Origin: Eledone cirrhosa
Taxonomy: Eukaryota
Direction: 5' to 3'
Length of the DNA stretch: 64,000 bases
NCBI GenBank assembly: GCA_964016885.1
Contig: OZ024743.1
Span: 7,936,001 to 8,000,000, forward strand
Positions 41,737-51,709 of this stretch are shown one piece after another (position 1 is the first letter of the stretch; the number at the start of each line of letters is the position of its first letter). Position numbers and translations under genes: made by a program. The notes under the pieces were generated by a model, which was given only the letters and a program-made list of their open reading frames with translations, was not told the DNA's origin and searched no databases.

Positions 41737-42039
41737 CTACATCTGCTAGTCGTGAAATATATATATGTGTATATATATATGCATATACATATGTGTGTGT
41801 GCGCGTGTAGGTGAGTTGTGTGTCAGCGTGTTTGCATATAATTACATCTTATTTTGAAAATAGTAGTGTACGAAATTCAATCTTACATAACCTGCTATGC
41901 GTATCAACTCCCAAACAAAAGAAAGGTGAAATAAAACCTTTCAGCCGATCTAACGATACCGAAACATTATCTTGTGCCATGTATTTTGACAGATAGTTAA
42001 TAGCTCACTTTTAAAATATTTTACTGAGTTGCAATTCAT

Positions 42040-42130
42040 AGCAAATCCCGCCGTGGTCAACTTTGCCTTTCATCCTTTTGAGGTCAATAAAAAAAGTACC
42101 AGTTGAGTACTGAGGTCGATTCTTCCTCTA
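42040..42130 (+). mobile_element. SINE core fragment
   Basis: CAAATCCCGCCG..CTTTGCCTTTCATCC..AAGTACCAG. Confidence 0.7.
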
Positions 42131-42323
42131 GAAAAAATCTGTTGTCTTCTGACCTAAAGAGATTTGGGCTCCGCCAGGTTTAAAAGTGCCCTAGACACAC
42201 CGTATGACGGTGCCTCTACAACTCCACAAGGAGTTATAGGATCTTTATCCTTATCTTTAATTTATAGCAATTGGAATGTCCATTTATTAGAAATTTAAAA
42301 TGTATTTGTTGGTCTATTTAGCT

Positions 42324-42515
42324 AATAATTGTTTCTACATTTGACACAAGGCCAGCAATTATCCCAGTGCATCACTGGTACTTTATTTTATCGACCCCGT
42401 AAGGATGAAAGGCAAAGTTAACCTCGGCGGGATTTGAACTCAGACCGCAAAGCGCCGTAACTCTATGCTGCAAAGCATGGCGTCCGACCCTCTACCGATT
42501 CTGCCAATCCACCGA
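42324..42515 (-). mobile_element. tRNA-derived SINE (main family)
   Basis: Near-consensus reverse complement. Confidence 0.92.
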
Positions 42516-43003
42516 ATAATGACATTTCTTTGGTGATGGCAAGATTCAATATAAATCGCAATATACAATTAAGACCTTTTCTTTAAATCAATGTAAGTAT
42601 ACACTGACAAACATTAGTTGTATAAATAGTGTAAAATCCTTTAGTTTTTTTACGACTAGTAACTCAAATATGTTTGCTTTTGTTATTTGAACATATACAA
42701 ACTATATGTTTGCATTTCGATATATGCGTGCTTGCATATAAAACACACATACATACCAACACACACACACCAACACACACGCGCGCGCACACACACACGC
42801 ACATACACATACATACACATATACACACACAAACAACATTCTATGTAAATAATCTTTAACTGTCCTTGGCTTTCTCCCTCTGGTCTCTCCGACAATCACC
42901 ATATATCATTCTATACTCATTTGAATCAATTACAATCATTTTCGGCTACATTTTGTTTAATCATTATCAAACATACACCTACTAAATTTCGATGAATTTG
43001 TTC

Positions 43004-43156
43004 TACCTACCTACCTACCTACCTACCTACCTACCTACCTACCTACCTACCTACCTACCTACCTACCTACCTACCTACCTACCTACCTACCTACCTACCT
43101 ACCTACCTACCTACCTACCTACCTACCTACCTACCCACATACCTACCTACCTACCT
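43004..43156. repeat. (CCTA)n microsatellite
   Basis: Direct. Confidence 0.97.
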
Positions 43157-43326
43157 ATTAATATATCTATCTGTCTGCCTATCAATCACGTCAGGAAAAT
43201 TAAACTGAATATTTCAGTAGTTATGTTCTATACACAGCTTGACATAAATAGAGGTGGATATCTTCTGTTGACGCGAGAGTAATCTCCGAAATACATAAAA
43301 ATAACCACTATATATATATATATATG

Positions 43327-43508
43327 GTAAAGGGTAAAGGGTAAAGACCCCCTCGGTCACGAAAGACCATAGGATTTGCACCTAGAAAGTTCCTCTCCGA
43401 GGCACAAATCCGGGGGAGGTTGTTTGTGGAAGACCAGCAATCGCCCATATATACCAAGTCCACGCCACCGATTTTGTCCAAGGGAGAGGCAAAGTCCGAT
43501 ACAGTTTG
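43327..43508 (-). mobile_element. 3' part of a SINE/LINE-tail family with (TTTACCC)n tail
   Basis: GGTAAAG repeats then GACCCCCTCGGTCACGAA..GCACCTAGAAAG; resembles a recalled cephalopod repeat. Confidence 0.5.
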
Positions 43509-43544
43509 CAAATCCGAGGTATGCAAATCCCGAAAGATATGCCA

Positions 43545-43592
<48 letters not shown>

Positions 43593-43815
43593 TGGCACAT
43601 TTTTCGGGATTTGCATACCTCGGATTTGCAAACTGTATCGGACTTTGCCTTTATATATATATATATATATATATTTCGTTTCTGAATTTGTTTAGCAAGA
43701 TTCTTTATCTGAAATCGTGTGTTGAAACCGATATTGTTATACTTTGGGAGGGTCATGTTGCCAATAAGAAATGGTGCGTGTGTTTCTTATTGGCAATATG
43801 ACCCTCCCAAAGTAT

Positions 43816-43864
<49 letters not shown>

Positions 43865-43869
<5 letters not shown>

Positions 43870-44392
43870 GGCAATAAACATAACTGAACTCTAACCCAAA
43901 TTAAATTGAAAACATGAATGGAATAGCACAATCACAACTTACAATTAAGGACAAAATGAAAACACACACACACATAGAACAAACAACTAACTAGTAACAT
44001 GTAAATAAACAAATAAATAAACAAATAAAAACACACACAGACTCCCGGATGTAACACATGCGCAAACTAAGCACACAACACACTCAAAAACAAGATGGCG
44101 TAGGACAGAACAAAGGAAAGAATCCCCAGTCACTGAATAGGTCACAGAATGTGTAACGAAAGAACTTTGACAATATATGAACAACCGTCCGGTTATGGAA
44201 CCAACCAACCAACCAACGGGAAATTTATAAATTCTTAAATTTATAAATTTAATTTATAATAAATTGGCGTGAAAGCAACTGGTGCGTGTGTTTCTTATTG
44301 GAAACATGACCCTCCCAAAGCATAACAATATCGGTTTCAACACACGTTTTCAGATAAAGAATCTTGCTAAACAAATTCAGAAACGAAATATA
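43865..44392. repeat. Unclassified dispersed repeat, possibly LTR-like
   Basis: Homology with 26148-26428; end duplicated in inverted form at 43672-43781. Confidence 0.6.
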
Positions 44393-44880
44393 TTTCCTCA
44401 TTTCGTGAGTTGTCTCCCCTTCCCGCTTCGTGTCGCTATGATACTTCCTCAGTCAAAAACTGCTGGAATTTCAAATTTGGCGGTCATTCGAGGCGAGAGA
44501 GAGCTACTTTACGGACATGATTTTTGACAGCGGTAAGAAATTGTTTTCTTATATCAATGTTTAATGGGCTTCCACTGATATTTATAAGTGCCCACCTAAA
44601 TATATTCTTACATGAATATATATTAGGCTTCTACATAAACTGGAAACATTCTCCCAAACTTGTAGAAAACTTATAATGAAACAATTGTTTGGAAAGAGAG
44701 ATATACTTTAACTTTAATTATATCTCATAAAATAATACAACTGGTCTTTCCACATTATACATATTGTTAGCACCCCAAACACTTAAATTGGGTTTATATT
44801 TTAATATAACCTAATGTTTGTTGAGTGAGATGGTTACCAGTCAGAGTTTAGCTTTAAACTATCTCTGTTATTGTATTAAT

Positions 44881-44901
<21 letters not shown>

Positions 44902-44911
<10 letters not shown>

Positions 44912-45846
44912 GATCGAGTATCGAAAAATCGGCGCACGAGTTCACGATAAACAAAATTCGAAATGAGCGGCAGAGGGCTCAATAATTCAGATGAATCAGA
45001 GCTATAACTATCGTTAAAATACCGTCACATATAGAACAAGTCTACAATCAACCATACGATAAAAAATCGATAATAGAAGATTCGGGACAAACAGATAAAA
45101 AATATCAATAAAACAATACATCAATAATTTAAATGAATGTAAAATCATACCCGGACCCACTAGAAAGGTGTTAAATCTAGCTTCTTGGGTTTCTGTAAAT
45201 CCTTAGACTGTACTCTATCAGCTCACATATAAATATAAAAGCCTACTAGAGCAAGAGGAACGGAGTTTACTTTCTCAACGAGCTTTTTTCCTAGCGGATA
45301 AGGGGCTAACTACCAGTGAAAAACGCACATGGCATTAGACAAGGGAGATAACCTCTACATCCGCGAAAACTATTCGAGGGAATGTGGAAATACACATATC
45401 GAATAAGAGTGCTCAATAGACATGTTAAAATAAAACAAAAGCTATTCATCACTCAATAGAATCGACAAAAAATGAGCGATAAAATTAACTGGTGGATAGC
45501 TATGTCCAGAGCTAAAAATATTAGAAAGATCGAGTATCGAAAAATCGGCGCACGAGTTCACGATAAACAAAATTCGAAATGAGCGGCAGAGGGCTCAATA
45601 ATTCAGATGAATCAGAGCTATAACTATCGTTAAAATACCGTCACATATAGAACAAGTCTACAATCAACCATACGATAAAAAATCGATAATAGAAGATTCG
45701 GGACAAACAGATAAAAAATATCAATAAAACAATACATCAATAATTTAAATGAATGTAAAATCATACCCGGACCCACTAGAAAGGTGTTAAATCTAGCTTC
45801 TTGGGTTTCTGTAAATCCTTAGACTGTACTCTATCAGCTCACATAT
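44902..45846 (-). repeat. 616-bp non-coding unit, ~1.5 tandem units, in (TA)n
   Basis: TTAGAAAGATCGAG at 44905 and 45521; overlapping parts appear identical. Confidence 0.92.
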
Positions 45847-46041
45847 ATATATATACAGATTTACAGATATATGCATATACCACCACACACGTATAACATT
45901 CGTTTTCTTAATCCAAAGATTAAATAGACTAGTGATACGTTAAAGTAAAATCCAAAATTTGAAATAATAGTACTTCTATGAAACCCAAGAAAGTAATAAT
46001 AATAATAATGATGATAATAATAATAATAATAATAATAATAT

Positions 46042-46098
46042 TTGTTTCTACTATTGGCACAAGGCCAGCAATTACCCAGTACATTACTGGTACTTTAT
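46042..46098 (-). mobile_element. SINE 3' tail fragment in (AAT)n
   Basis: TTGTTTCTACTATTGGCACAAGGCCAGCAATT..GTACTTTAT. Confidence 0.85.
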
Positions 46099-46107
46099 AA
46101 TAATAAT

Positions 46108-46835
46108 GCTACAGAAGGTATGTTAATGGCTGCGCAAGAGCAGGCCCTCAAAACGAAGTGGTTGAAACACCATATTTACAAGGAGGAGGCTAGCCCACTG
46201 TGCAGGATCTGTGGAGAGAGAGAGAGGAGACTGTGGTTCACATTGTATCCGAGTGTAAACACCTAGCCCAGACTCACTATAAGGGCTGGAGACATGATGT
46301 GATGGGCAGGGTGATCCACTGGCACCTATGCAAAGTAAACAATTTACCACATTCTGAGAAGTGGTATGAGCATAAGCCAGAGTCGGTGATAGAAAACGAT
46401 CAGGTGAAGGTGCTGTGGGATTTTAGGATACTGATGGACAAGAAACTGGAACACAATAGACCTGACCTGGTGGTTTGGACAAGGAAAAAAGATCGTGCCT
46501 GATTGTGGATGTGGCTTGCCATTCGACACGAGAGTGCAAGAGAAGGAGAGGGAGAAAATTAACCGATACCAGGACTTAAAGTGGGAGGTAAAAAGGATTT
46601 GGAACTGCCATGAAGTCAAAGTGCGCACTAGGTACTATCTCAAAAAGTTTCCAGGGATGGTTAAAGAAAATCGGCCCCTTCACGCTTTTTGGAACGCTTC
46701 AAAAGGCATGCTTGCTTGGAACAGCAAGAACCCTCCGATACGTCCTGAATATCTGAGGCTGCAGGTAGTGGCTTGATATTCATTTCAACAAACTTTCCAG
46801 TTAACCAACATCAATGACTGAGATTCAAGGAATAA
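46108..46835 (+). mobile_element. Dong/R4-like RLE LINE family A, 3' fragment
   Basis: Frameshifted copy of 48746-49490 with 3'UTR; AAT on both flanks. Confidence 0.93.
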
Positions 46836-46864
46836 CAATAACAATAATAATAATAATAATAATA

Positions 46865-49411
46865 AAAAAAAACATAGGCACTAAAAATAGACTGGAAATA
46901 AAATACAAAACTAGGAGTAAAAAGCTAAATATTATCATAGAGGAATTGAAGCAACGCATTGTAGCAAAGAGTGCCAAAATCAGGCGATACGAGAACAGAG
47001 TCAGTCAGTATAAACAGAACCGCATGTTCGACAACAACCAGAAGATGCTGTTTGGACAGCTTGAGGGGAAAGAAAGAGGCAACGACTTGATCCCTGGGGC
47101 GGAACAAGCTAAAACATTCTGGAGAGGAATATGGGAGCAGGATGTTAGACACAATGCCCAGGCAGGGTGGATTGAGACAGTACAGAGGGAGATCGGTGAG
47201 CAGGCACAACAACAGACTGATTTGAGTATCACAGTTGAAACTCTTAAGGGGCAAGCCAAAAAACTAACCAACTGGAAATCACCAGGCCCAGATGGTGTGC
47301 AGGGGTATTGGATTAAACATTTAACATCCCTTCACCCGAAGCTGACGGCCATGTTCAATGACTGCTTGGTGTCGGGTGAGGTGCCAGAGTGGTTGACAAA
47401 AGGTACCACAGTTCTGATAATGAAAGACCGAATAAAGGGTAATGATGTTACCAACTATAGACCTATCACATGTCTGCCCGTAATGTGGAAACTGTTGACG
47501 AGCATTGTGTCTGAGGAAATCTACCATCACCTCCACACAAACAACTTGTTACCGGACGAACAGAAAGGATGCCGAAAGAAGTCACGTGGTACAAAGGACC
47601 AGTTGCTTATTGATAAGATGGTAATGGGGAATTGCAGGAGGAGACACACTGATCTTGCCATGGGATGGATAGACTACAGAAAGGCATTTGACATGGTGCC
47701 TCATTCCTGGATCACCAAAAGCCTGGAGATCTTCAGGGTGGCAGATAACATCAGACAGTTGCTGGGCAGGAGTATGGGGTCCTGGGAGACAGAGTTGACA
47801 TCAACTGGAGTATCCTTGGGAAGCGTGAAGATCAAGAGAGGTATCTTCCAGGGAGATAGCCTGTCCCCTCTGTTGTTTGTCCTTGCCCTGATGCCCTTGA
47901 CCATTATGCTGCGAAAAGTGAGAGCAGGATACAAGTTGGGAAGGGGAGAGCTTACCATCAATCACCTCCTCTTCATGGACGATCTTAAGCTCTTCGGGAA
48001 AAGTGAGAAGGAGTTGGATGTGCTTGTTGACACTGTCCGTATTTTCAGCAGTGATATATGTATGCAGTTTGGTATTGGTAAATGTGGAGTCATTGTGATG
48101 AAGAGGGGTAGGTTGAGCAGAAGTAACGGGATCCAGATACCAACAGGTGAGATGATAAAGGAAATTGACTCTGAGGAAGGATACAAGTATTTGGGCGTTC
48201 TGGAGGCTGATGGCATAAAGAACAAAAAAATGAAGGAATTGTTAAGAACTGAATACATTCGGAGAGTAAGGAGCGTATTGAAGTCACATCTGAACAGCAG
48301 AAATGCCATAAGCGCAGTAAATTCCCGAGCTGTGTCTATTATTAGGTACAGTGCGGGAATTCTGAGATGGAATGTTGCTGAACAAAAAGAAATGGATAGG
48401 AAGACTAGGAAGCTATTGACTATCTACAACATGTTCCACAAGAGGAGTGATGTCGATAGACTCTACCTAAGGAGATCTGAGGGTGGAAGAGGTCTTATCA
48501 GCATAGAGGACTGTGTTCAGATGGAGAAAAACAACCTATACAAATACGTGACCTATAGTAAGGAGCCAATGCTCAGAACTGTACTGAAGGAGGGGACAGT
48601 AGGCCAGGGGATGTCCAAGGAGGAAATAACATCAAGGAGGAAGAGCAGCCTTAAGGGAAAATCCCTTCATAGTACCTTCTTTGAGAAAACTGAATTTAGA
48701 GATCCACAGACATGGAACTGGTTGAGAAGAGGAGACCTCAAAAAGGCTACAGAAGGAATGCTAATGGCTGCGCAGGAGCAGGCCCTCAAAACGAAGTGGT
48801 TGAAGCACCATATCTACAAGGAGGAGGCTAGCCCACTGTGCAGGATCTGTGGAGAGAGAGAGGAGACTGTGGCTCACATTGTGTCCGAGTGTAAACACCT
48901 AGCCCAGACCCACTATAAGGGCTGGAGACACGATGTGATGGGCAGGGTGATCCACTGGCACCTGTGCAAAGTAAACAATCTACCACATTCTGAGAAATGG
49001 TATGAGCATAGGCCAGAGGCGGTGATGGAGAACAGTCAGGTGAAGGTGCTGTGGGATTTTAGGATACAGACGGACAAAAAACTGGAACACAATAGACCTG
49101 ACCTGGTGGTTGTGGACAAAGAAAAAAGATCGTGCCTGATTGTGGATGTGGCCTGCCCGTTCGACACGAGAGTGCAAGAGAAGGAGAGGGAGAAAATTAA
49201 CCGATACCAGGACCTAAAGTGGGAGGTGAAAAGGATTTGGAACTGCCATGAAGTCAAAGTGATCCCGATTGTCATAGGCGCACTGGGGACTATCTCCAAA
49301 GGTTTCCAGGGATGGTTAAAGAAAATCGGCCCCTTCACGCTTTTTGGAACGCTTCAAAAGGCATGCTTGCTTGGAACAGCAAGAACCCTCCGATACGTCC
49401 TGAATATCTGA
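46865..49411 (+). CDS. Reverse transcriptase with CCHC zinc motif and restriction-like endonuclease (N-terminally truncated)
   Basis: KSPGPDG, YRPITCL, IDYRKAFD, GIFQGDSLSPLLF, FMDD, CRIC..H...EC, RHD, RPDLVVVD..LIVDVACP. Confidence 0.93.
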   Translation, partial: KKNIGTKNRLEIKYKTRSKKLNIIIEELKQRIVAKSAKIRRYENRVSQYKQNRMFDNNQKMLFGQLEGKERGNDLIPGAEQAKTFWRGIWEQDVRHNAQAGWIETVQREIGEQAQQQTDLSITVETLKGQAKKLTNWKSPGPDGVQGYWIKHLTSLHPKLTAMFNDCLVSGEVPEWLTKGTTVLIMKDRIKGNDVTNYRPITCLPVMWKLLTSIVSEEIYHHLHTNNLLPDEQKGCRKKSRGTKDQLLIDKMVMGNCRRRHTDLAMGWIDYRKAFDMVPHSWITKSLEIFRVADNIRQLLGRSMGSWETELTSTGVSLGSVKIKRGIFQGDSLSPLLFVLALMPLTIMLRKVRAGYKLGRGELTINHLLFMDDLKLFGKSEKELDVLVDTVRIFSSDICMQFGIGKCGVIVMKRGRLSRSNGIQIPTGEMIKEIDSEEGYKYLGVLEADGIKNKKMKELLRTEYIRRVRSVLKSHLNSRNAISAVNSRAVSIIRYSAGILRWNVAEQKEMDRKTRKLLTIYNMFHKRSDVDRLYLRRSEGGRGLISIEDCVQMEKNNLYKYVTYSKEPMLRTVLKEGTVGQGMSKEEITSRRKSSLKGKSLHSTFFEKTEFRDPQTWNWLRRGDLKKATEGMLMAAQEQALKTKWLKHHIYKEEASPLCRICGEREETVAHIVSECKHLAQTHYKGWRHDVMGRVIHWHLCKVNNLPHSEKWYEHRPEAVMENSQVKVLWDFRIQTDKKLEHNRPDLVVVDKEKRSCLIVDVACPFDTRVQEKEREKINRYQDLKWEVKRIWNCHEVKVIPIVIGALGTISKGFQGWLKKIGPFTLFGTLQKACLLGTARTLRYVLNI

Positions 49412-49497
49412 GGCTGCAGGTAGTGGCTTGATATTCAATCCAACGGACTTTCCAGTTAACCAACATCAATGACTGAGATTCAAGGAATAACAATGGC
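46865..49497 (+). mobile_element. Dong/R4-like RLE LINE family A, 5'-truncated, young
   Basis: Uninterrupted ORF, short 3'UTR, (AAT)n flanks. Confidence 0.95.
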
Positions 49498-49521
49498 AAT
49501 AATAATAATAATAATAATAAT

Positions 49522-51439
49522 AGGAGGTTTTTGTCATTCAGTATGAAGACATGGAGAACGACACTCCTTTTGAATAGTGAAACAAAATCACTGGAAGCTG
49601 GAGAAGTTAATATTAATTGTGGAATTTTTCAGGGTGACACTTTATCACCGCTTTTATTCTGCATCGCACTTATACCATTAAGTAAAATGCTCAATGAAAC
49701 AAAACATGGATATAGAGTCTATGACAAAACCATTAATCACCTGTTCTACATGGATGACCTGAAACTATTTGCAAAAAATGATGAACAATTGCAAGGGCTA
49801 TTATCCACTGTGAATCAGTTCAGTGATGACATTAAAATGGAGTTTGGACTGGATAAATGCGCCAAAGCAACGTTCACCAGAGGAAAGCTGCTGAAGAGTT
49901 CAGACATTAATCTTGATCGGGGGAACGTGATAAGAAAGCTTGATCAAGAAAAAACTTACAAATATCTAGGTGTTTGTGAAGGAGACGGAATCAAGCACTC
50001 GATAATGAGGGAAAGGATAAGGAAGGAATGTTACCGCAGAGTCAGAGCAATCTTAAGAACGGAATTGAATGCAAGGAATAGGATCGATGCCATAAACACG
50101 CTTGCCATACCAGTAGTAACCTACAGTTACAATGTCATCAACTGGTCAAGCACAGAGATCCGTAGGCTCGATACAAAAATCCGAAAATTCTTAACCATGC
50201 ACAGAATGCATCACCCTAAGGCAGACATAGATAGAATATATCTCCCTAGGAAAGAAGGAGGACGTGGGTTAATCCAGTTAGACATTGCGTTGAAAACTGC
50301 AACAATTGGATTATCCACATATCTAAGGGAATCACATGATTGGATGATCAAACTCGTTTTGAAACACGAAAGCACCAAAAGATCATATTCCATTACAAAA
50401 GATGCACAAAGATACAGTAATGGACTACAAATTTCAGAAGTCCCATTTACTGCTGAAATGGAAAACACAGAAAAAGCAAAGCAGGTAAAAGTAACTGCAA
50501 AGAAAGAACTGCTACAGAAACTGGCTAAGAAATGGCAAGAAAAGCCTCTGTATGGAAAATACCCAGAGCGAGCTAACAATCCTGATGTTGACAAAACTTT
50601 AACCCATCAGTGGTTGGCATCCTCTGGACTGAAATTGGAGACTGAAGGACTGATTATATCGGCACAAGATCAGTGTCTGCCAACAAAAAATTACCAAGCC
50701 AACATAATAAAAAATGGGTGCAGCCCATTATGCCGTGTATGCAAAAAACAACCAGAGACCATTGACCATATAATTTCAATGTGCAGTCCTATAGCTCCAA
50801 CCGAATACCTAAACAGGCATGACAGAGCTGCACAATACATACATTGGATAATGTGTAAGCATTTTGACCTGCCCCATCAAAAGAATTGGTGGGAGCATCA
50901 ACCACCTCCCATACTTGAAAAAGATCACATCTCAATCTTGTGGAACTTTAGCATCCAAACAGACCGAAAAATAGATGCAAATAGACCTGATATAATATTG
51001 AAGGACTTTCAAAGGAGGGTATGCCTGCTAATTGATATGTCTGTTCCAATAGACAAGAATGTATCTATAAAAACATTTGAAAAATTCAGCAAGTATAAGG
51101 ACCTGGAGATAGAAATTGGAAAAATGTGGAAATTGAGAACTAAAACAATACCAGTGGTTGTAGGCGCTCTAGGAATGATACCTAAGGGGTCTAACGACTA
51201 CTTATCGCAAATCCCAGGAAACCCGCATATAGGAGAAATACAAAAGATAGTACTAATGGGAACTGCCCATATACTAAGGAAGATCCTGTCAATATAAGTA
51301 CATCACAAGTCTAAACACTAAGGATGCATGTGTGAATATGTATGTTTTCTTGAACATGGCGGACCTTGTTGTCTCTTGAGGTCACTGGTTGTGACTTGGT
51401 GATAACTCGTATGAACATAAAGCAAGATAAATGCAACTG
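49522..51439 (+). mobile_element. Dong/R4-like RLE LINE family B, 5'-truncated
   Basis: Open ORF plus 3'UTR shared with 57459-60256; (AAT)n flanks. Confidence 0.94.
49531..51297 (+). CDS. RT C-terminal half, zinc motif and RLE (truncated)
   Basis: GIFQGDTLSPLLF, FYMDD, CRVC..H...MC, RHD, NRPDII..LLIDMSVP, VVGALG. Confidence 0.9.
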   Translation: MSFSMKTWRTTLLLNSETKSLEAGEVNINCGIFQGDTLSPLLFCIALIPLSKMLNETKHGYRVYDKTINHLFYMDDLKLFAKNDEQLQGLLSTVNQFSDDIKMEFGLDKCAKATFTRGKLLKSSDINLDRGNVIRKLDQEKTYKYLGVCEGDGIKHSIMRERIRKECYRRVRAILRTELNARNRIDAINTLAIPVVTYSYNVINWSSTEIRRLDTKIRKFLTMHRMHHPKADIDRIYLPRKEGGRGLIQLDIALKTATIGLSTYLRESHDWMIKLVLKHESTKRSYSITKDAQRYSNGLQISEVPFTAEMENTEKAKQVKVTAKKELLQKLAKKWQEKPLYGKYPERANNPDVDKTLTHQWLASSGLKLETEGLIISAQDQCLPTKNYQANIIKNGCSPLCRVCKKQPETIDHIISMCSPIAPTEYLNRHDRAAQYIHWIMCKHFDLPHQKNWWEHQPPPILEKDHISILWNFSIQTDRKIDANRPDIILKDFQRRVCLLIDMSVPIDKNVSIKTFEKFSKYKDLEIEIGKMWKLRTKTIPVVVGALGMIPKGSNDYLSQIPGNPHIGEIQKIVLMGTAHILRKILSI

Positions 51440-51709
51440 TAATAATAATAATAATAATGATTTCTTTATTAACCACAAGGGTTTACATAAAGTAGACATT
51501 AAGGACAGTGCAGGACAATACAGTACAGTACAAATGGGCATTTCTGCGTGTAAAAAAAACAGAGAATGTAATAAAATAACAAAGAAAAAATTCCCCAATA
51601 GGGGGGGGGGGGGGACTTCCGAGGGACATTTGTGGGGAAAGCCCAGTAAAAGGCCACAGTGACCCTGACCACCAAGGCAAGTGCCCTCTCCCAGTTTTCC
51701 ACCTTTAAT

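Noticed and set aside
42992-43282. LPTY-repeat protein or telomeric repeat
   Set aside because: (CCTA)n tetranucleotide, not TTAGGG
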